Translations under genes and position numbers: made by a program
Notes under the pieces: model-generated
Told to the model about the DNA's origin: nothing
Seen by the model: only the letters and a program-made list of their open reading frames with translations
Database searches by the model: none
Shown: positions 59,401 to 64,000 of the stretch, one piece after another
Layout of the letters: the number at the start of each line of letters is the position of its first letter
How positions within the stretch are numbered: position 1 is the stretch's first letter
Source: Cladosporium halotolerans
Lineage: Eukaryota
Direction of reading: 5' to 3'
Assembly: GCF_011745625.1 (NCBI RefSeq)
Contig: NW_027191494.1
Location: 62,001 to 126,000, forward strand
Length of the DNA stretch: 64,000 nucleotides

Positions 59401-61227
59401 ATGCTGCTGTCAAAGACGCTGGCTAGGGCCAAGCTCCCTGCCCGTACACGTCTACCTCTAGCATCATTTCAATGGACTCGAGCTCTAACCCGATCGCTGC
59501 TAACCGAAGCTCACGACCACGGACCCTCGCACCCGCCATTGATCGAGCAGACAATCCCCGAGCATTTCTCCTCAATCGTCTCCTGCTTCGGCGACCGCAA
59601 CGCCGTCATCTCCCGCCACCAGAACGGCATCTTGACCTACTCCGCCCTCGATGAACAGAGCAACAGCATAGCCCGCGGCCTCCAGTCGCTTGGGGTTCGA
59701 AAAGGCGATCGAGTCGCCGTCTCGCTGGGCAACAACCTCGAGTTCGCCAGTTTGACCTATGCGTGTTTCAAGCTGGGCGCTGTGCTGGTGCCGTTGAACC
59801 CGAGCTTCAATGTCCAGCAGGTCATCTCTGCTCTCAGCCACCTTGACGCGAGCCATTTGGTCCATGGGACAGAAACAAATCTTAGCAGGAAGCCTCCGAG
59901 GGACAATTCAACGCTGCTGAGACACATATGCCCTGGCGTGGATGGCGCGGGAAAAGTCGAGTCGGAGCTGGTGCCTTCGCTGAAGCAGATTGTGCTGGTG
60001 GACAATTCGGCGGGAAGGATCGATGCAAAGAGCATGAGGGCCGCTGTGGGCTTTAGGGATCTACTGGATGGGTCTAAGCAGACGCTGCCAGACCAAGGAC
60101 TACACAAGGATGATATCGTGAACATTCAATTCACTTCTGGCACAACGTCCATGCCCAAAGCGGCTTGCCTGTCACATCGCTCGATCCTGAACAACGGCCT
60201 GCAAATCGGCGACCGCATGCTCCTCACAGATCAAGACGTCATCTGCTGTCCACCACCCCTCTTCCACTGCTTCGGCTGCATCCTAGGCTACATGGCCAGC
60301 GCCACGCACGGCTCCTCAATCGTCTTCCCAACAGAAGCCTTCGACCCGCTCGCCACTCTCAAAGCAGTGCAGGAGTACAAGGCGACGGCTCTCTACGGAG
60401 TGGCGACTATGTTCCTCGCGGAGCTCGAGCTCCTCGCAAACGGCACCGTGCCGCACGAAGGCTTCCAGTACCTCCGCACCGGCATCGCGGCTGGCAGCTC
60501 GGTGCCCGCGGAGCTCATGCGGAAGCTTCACAAGATCCTTAACTTGGACGAGCTCACTATCTGCTACGGCATGACTGAGACTTCGCCCGTGAGCCTGATG
60601 ACGCGCACGGACGATCCGATCCAGAAACGCATCGATACGGTTGGCCGCTTGCTGCCGCACGTTGAAGCGAAAGTGGTCGACGTGCAGGATAAAAGCAAGA
60701 CGCTCGCGATTGGAGAGCGCGGCGAGCTCGCTGTCTCCGGCTACTTGGTCATGAAGGAGTACTGGGGCGACCCTGAGAAAACCGCAGAGGCCATGATCCC
60801 AGACCACGAGGAGCCCGGCAAAGTCTGGATGCTCACAGGTGACGAAGCGAGCATGGACGAAGAGGGTTATGTCTCGATCACGGGCCGCATCAAAGACCTC
60901 ATCATCCGTGGCGGTGAGAACATCCACCCGCTCGAAGTGGAGAACTGTTTGCTTGCGCACGGAGACGTGCAGGAGGTCAGTGTCGTTGGGCTGCCGGATG
61001 AGAAATACGGTGAGGTCGTTGCGGCGTTCACTGTGCGGAAGAAAGGCAGTGAGCTCAGTGCCAAGGATGTCAGGGACTGGGTCAGAGAGAAGCTCAGTGG
61101 GCATTTGGTGCCGAAGTATGTGTTTTGGGTGGAGGATTATCCTAAGACGGCGTCGAACAAGATTCAGAAATTCAAGCTCAAAGAGCTGGGTGTGCAGTGG
61201 CTGCGCGATGGTAGGGGGGTGGAATAG
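59401..61227 (+). CDS. AMP-binding acyl-CoA synthetase (ACSF2-like), probably mitochondrial
   Basis: Basic N-terminal presequence, NIQFTSGTTSMPKA, PLFHCFG, YGMTETSP, TGD, GRIKDLIIRGGENIHPLEVE, PKTASNKIQKF. Confidence 0.94.
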   Translation: MLLSKTLARAKLPARTRLPLASFQWTRALTRSLLTEAHDHGPSHPPLIEQTIPEHFSSIVSCFGDRNAVISRHQNGILTYSALDEQSNSIARGLQSLGVRKGDRVAVSLGNNLEFASLTYACFKLGAVLVPLNPSFNVQQVISALSHLDASHLVHGTETNLSRKPPRDNSTLLRHICPGVDGAGKVESELVPSLKQIVLVDNSAGRIDAKSMRAAVGFRDLLDGSKQTLPDQGLHKDDIVNIQFTSGTTSMPKAACLSHRSILNNGLQIGDRMLLTDQDVICCPPPLFHCFGCILGYMASATHGSSIVFPTEAFDPLATLKAVQEYKATALYGVATMFLAELELLANGTVPHEGFQYLRTGIAAGSSVPAELMRKLHKILNLDELTICYGMTETSPVSLMTRTDDPIQKRIDTVGRLLPHVEAKVVDVQDKSKTLAIGERGELAVSGYLVMKEYWGDPEKTAEAMIPDHEEPGKVWMLTGDEASMDEEGYVSITGRIKDLIIRGGENIHPLEVENCLLAHGDVQEVSVVGLPDEKYGEVVAAFTVRKKGSELSAKDVRDWVREKLSGHLVPKYVFWVEDYPKTASNKIQKFKLKELGVQWLRDGRGVE

Positions 61228-61583
61228 GGTTCGGGTGCTTGCAGCCTGCGAATGCAACTCCCGTCTTGGTCACACATGACTGAATGCCACATACCACGAT
61301 ATAGGGACGAGCTCTCGATCAGGGGCACGCATGTTTCCAGTTCCGTTTGCGAGCGAACAGCAGAAGTCACCTATTCAGGACACTGTGGCTTGTGACTGAG
61401 CTTCCCGTGTATCAGCGTGCATCGCCGCATAGCCAATGTTTCATTGCTCCTGTTTGGCGTTCCAGGCAGCAATCCATTCAATATCGATGCACGTATCAGA
61501 TTGGGCTTGCGGTGGCCATATAACTCTCCTACTACCTGAATTTCTCAGACTCCATTCTCGCCAGCGCAACCCAATCAACTGAC

Positions 61584-62498
61584 ATGGCTCACGTTTCCAT
61601 CTCGTCTTACGACGCCGACTCTTCTGGAAGCTCCGTCGAGTTCATAACTGCCACCCCTCCTGACACTGCTTCTGATGCCTCGATCAAGAAAGCTACTCTG
61701 CCGGCCAAGCAAGCCTCTGTCGAAGATGTTTCAAGCGATTCAGAAAACATGATCAATCCGAAGGGCAACCTTCCGGCGGCGAAGGCACCCATCAGACCAA
61801 CCAACGCCACACAGCCAAAGTCTGTAATCGACTCTCGTTTGCAGAAGCTGGAAGACGTCTTTCTGGACACCCAAAAAGCCGATATCGACCTCGCAGGGCA
61901 TAGAAGTGCCTTCCAAGCGATGTCTTCCGATCTACACTGCTCTTCCGAACAACCCCGTGTCTCGAAGCCGCTAGCATCGAACGAGCCATCTCTCGCCGCT
62001 CTCTTGGCCCGCAATAACGCTGCCAACGACCTGGGTCAAGCAATGAACACGCAGCAGCAATCCCAAACCACCTCCACCAACGATAACGATGGTTTTGGAA
62101 TTCCTGACACTGCTTCATGCCTCAGAACCGCCTTGGAGGACGCAAGCGTATGCAGTCGTTCAGTCATTGTTCGACTCCAGAAATCTACCAAGGCGGCTAT
62201 GGACTTCAACGAGCAAATCGATCAGATGATCCACGCTTTGGACTCTACCGCCTTGAAGCAGCAAATAAACTCCGATGCTGAAGACGTCACCAACGAGGCG
62301 AAGTCCAAGAAAACCGGCAAGGATGATCACCAGTGGTCAGAAGCATGGCGCAAGGCGAAGGTCATCTTGCCCTGGGCGCTTGTTGTCGTGCTGTGCCTTG
62401 TGATGTATTTCATGCTTATGGAGGCCTCGCGAGTGATTTATGAGCAGGAGAAGACGATCGAGATGCTCAGCCGCACGATACTTTATTCTGGCCATTGA
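61584..62498 (+). CDS. Hypothetical 304-aa protein with one C-terminal TM helix flanked by coiled-coil-like segments
   Basis: Intact ORF with ATG after a C/A-rich leader. Hydrophobic stretch ILPWALVVVLCLVMYFMLM. No family recognised. Confidence 0.65.
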   Translation: MAHVSISSYDADSSGSSVEFITATPPDTASDASIKKATLPAKQASVEDVSSDSENMINPKGNLPAAKAPIRPTNATQPKSVIDSRLQKLEDVFLDTQKADIDLAGHRSAFQAMSSDLHCSSEQPRVSKPLASNEPSLAALLARNNAANDLGQAMNTQQQSQTTSTNDNDGFGIPDTASCLRTALEDASVCSRSVIVRLQKSTKAAMDFNEQIDQMIHALDSTALKQQINSDAEDVTNEAKSKKTGKDDHQWSEAWRKAKVILPWALVVVLCLVMYFMLMEASRVIYEQEKTIEMLSRTILYSGH

Positions 62499-63301
62499 TG
62501 AGTTAGGAGGAGACATAGGCCACAGGAACGAACGCGAAGCTTGGGCAGTGAGGGTTGCGGTCAGCGATTGTGATAAATGAGAAAGACAAAAATTTGTGAC
62601 ATTGAAACCAGATGTCTTTCCAAGATTTTTTTCCTTTGCTTCTGCATGACTTGCTTTACTAACGAATGACATGCTCAAAAGAAAGTCTTTGATGAGTATA
62701 CCCGGGTGTCTCAACGAGGCTGTATTCGCCCCGATGATGTGGTATTGCCTCGCTTTTCTATTCGATTTGGAATCGCAGTCACTGCACACGAATCCACAAG
62801 TCCAAGTTGTGCTTACTTTTCTGTTCGAGGCTCGAGGGATATGCATTGGGGCGTGCTGCTTAGTGCAGCCGATTTGTGATCAGTCCTCCGATCAAAAGAA
62901 AGACGAGGCAAGTGCCAAGCCGATCTCAGCCCTCTTCCATTTTTATACGTCGACCGTGGAGATCACTTGACCAGGCGAAATATCAAGGCGACAGCTCGTG
63001 CATTCAACCCATGGTTCACATGTCATCTGATGCCTTCGAGGTATCCCACAATAGCCTCGTTTGTTGAGGTCCACCAACTTTCTGACTGCAACAATCCGAG
63101 CGCTCTCTTGTCGATAGCGATTTTTGCGTGGCACAGCTGATGGAAGCTGCATAGCGGTGAGCTTGGTGCATGGAGGGGCCGTCGAGCTGTTCACAACTTA
63201 TATAAGAGGACATTTCTCGAAGCTGGATCTTTCGTTCGATTATAATTTCAATTGAACATCATCTCGTCTCCTACCTTGTCTGTCTTACCAATCTCAACAA
63301 G

Positions 63302-64000
63302 ATGTCGATTAAAGCAACACCTGGGTTCCAAGCGGACAATGACACCGGAGACTTCTGTCTAATCACCCCTGATCCGACAATTCCCATCGTCTCCGGCGAA
63401 GACGCAGCTCATCACTTAATCGTTGATGACGTCCCCTGCGATCCGCCTGCCTTCTCGACAGGTGTCAATCCTGCTTGCAGAGGCACAATGCTCCCAACAA
63501 TGCCGGAAGCCGTCGACAATAACCCTCATGAATCCGCGATTCAGTCCGACAACAAGGTCCATGGCAAACCCGACCCGGCAGAGGAAAGCATGATGCTGTT
63601 CCTGCTGGAGGACAATCGCAAACTCAAGCAGAAACTTGCGACACTTGAAGACAGTCGTGAGAGCCAACCCAGGGACCGCGCGGTGCAGCTACAGGGCGAA
63701 CGTTCTTGTTGTCCGCGTGCTCCTACTGCAAGGCTCGTGGACAAGAAAGTTCTGCAATTGCTGTCCGATGCTCACGCCACGGAGAAGACAAGCCCGGGCG
63801 TTTTCGAGGAGCCTCCTCTCATCCCGTCCGCTCCAGAGCAGCCGCCAGAGACCCCCGAGCAGCCCACGCCAGAAAAGCCCATCAGCAACGCCCGCCACTA
63901 CAGCGAAGCGACGCAGCTCTGGAACGCAATCCGCACCGTCTGCGACCTGCTCGAAGCGTCCCGAAAGCCCAGCAAGGAGAAATCCAAATCGGCCTCTCCA
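63302..64000 (+). CDS. Hypothetical protein, 3' end outside the window
   Basis: ATG at 63302 (CAACAAGATG) about 100 nt after TATATAA at ~63199. Frame MSIKATPGFQADNDTGDFCLITPDP...LLEDNRKLKQKLATLED... stays open for 233 codons to the window end. Confidence 0.65.
   Translation, partial: MSIKATPGFQADNDTGDFCLITPDPTIPIVSGEDAAHHLIVDDVPCDPPAFSTGVNPACRGTMLPTMPEAVDNNPHESAIQSDNKVHGKPDPAEESMMLFLLEDNRKLKQKLATLEDSRESQPRDRAVQLQGERSCCPRAPTARLVDKKVLQLLSDAHATEKTSPGVFEEPPLIPSAPEQPPETPEQPTPEKPISNARHYSEATQLWNAIRTVCDLLEASRKPSKEKSKSASP

Overview
This is gene-dense (about 24 genes), GC-rich DNA from a filamentous ascomycete. The evidence is short GT-AG spliceosomal introns with CTRAC/CTAAC branch points and fungal-specific families (Zn2Cys6, DUF2415, OCH1, PNS1). 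A Dothideomycete origin is my inference only. Most of the window is housekeeping: MET13 (partial), a second TPI-like isomerase, an amino-acid/choline permease, an atypical kinase, an RKM5-like methyltransferase, VMA7, NPC2, SSC1, PNS1, mannitol-1-phosphate dehydrogenase, a DUF2415 protein, SEC27, NUR1, RTF1, COQ7, OCH1-like, ROM2, VMA11, a PKA-like catalytic subunit, an acyl-CoA synthetase and two orphan ORFs. The unexplained part is the roughly 10.7 kb between COQ7 and OCH1 (36.6-47.3 kb). It holds an orphan, highly basic protein with KRRK/AP repeats, followed by three 78-81 bp repeats that each carry a perfect 17-bp palindrome. It also holds a Zn2Cys6 factor split by one in-frame TAA and a diverged ~300-bp tandem repeat array. 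A second single in-frame TAA lies near the 5' end of the atypical kinase. All intron boundaries were read by eye and no database searches were run.
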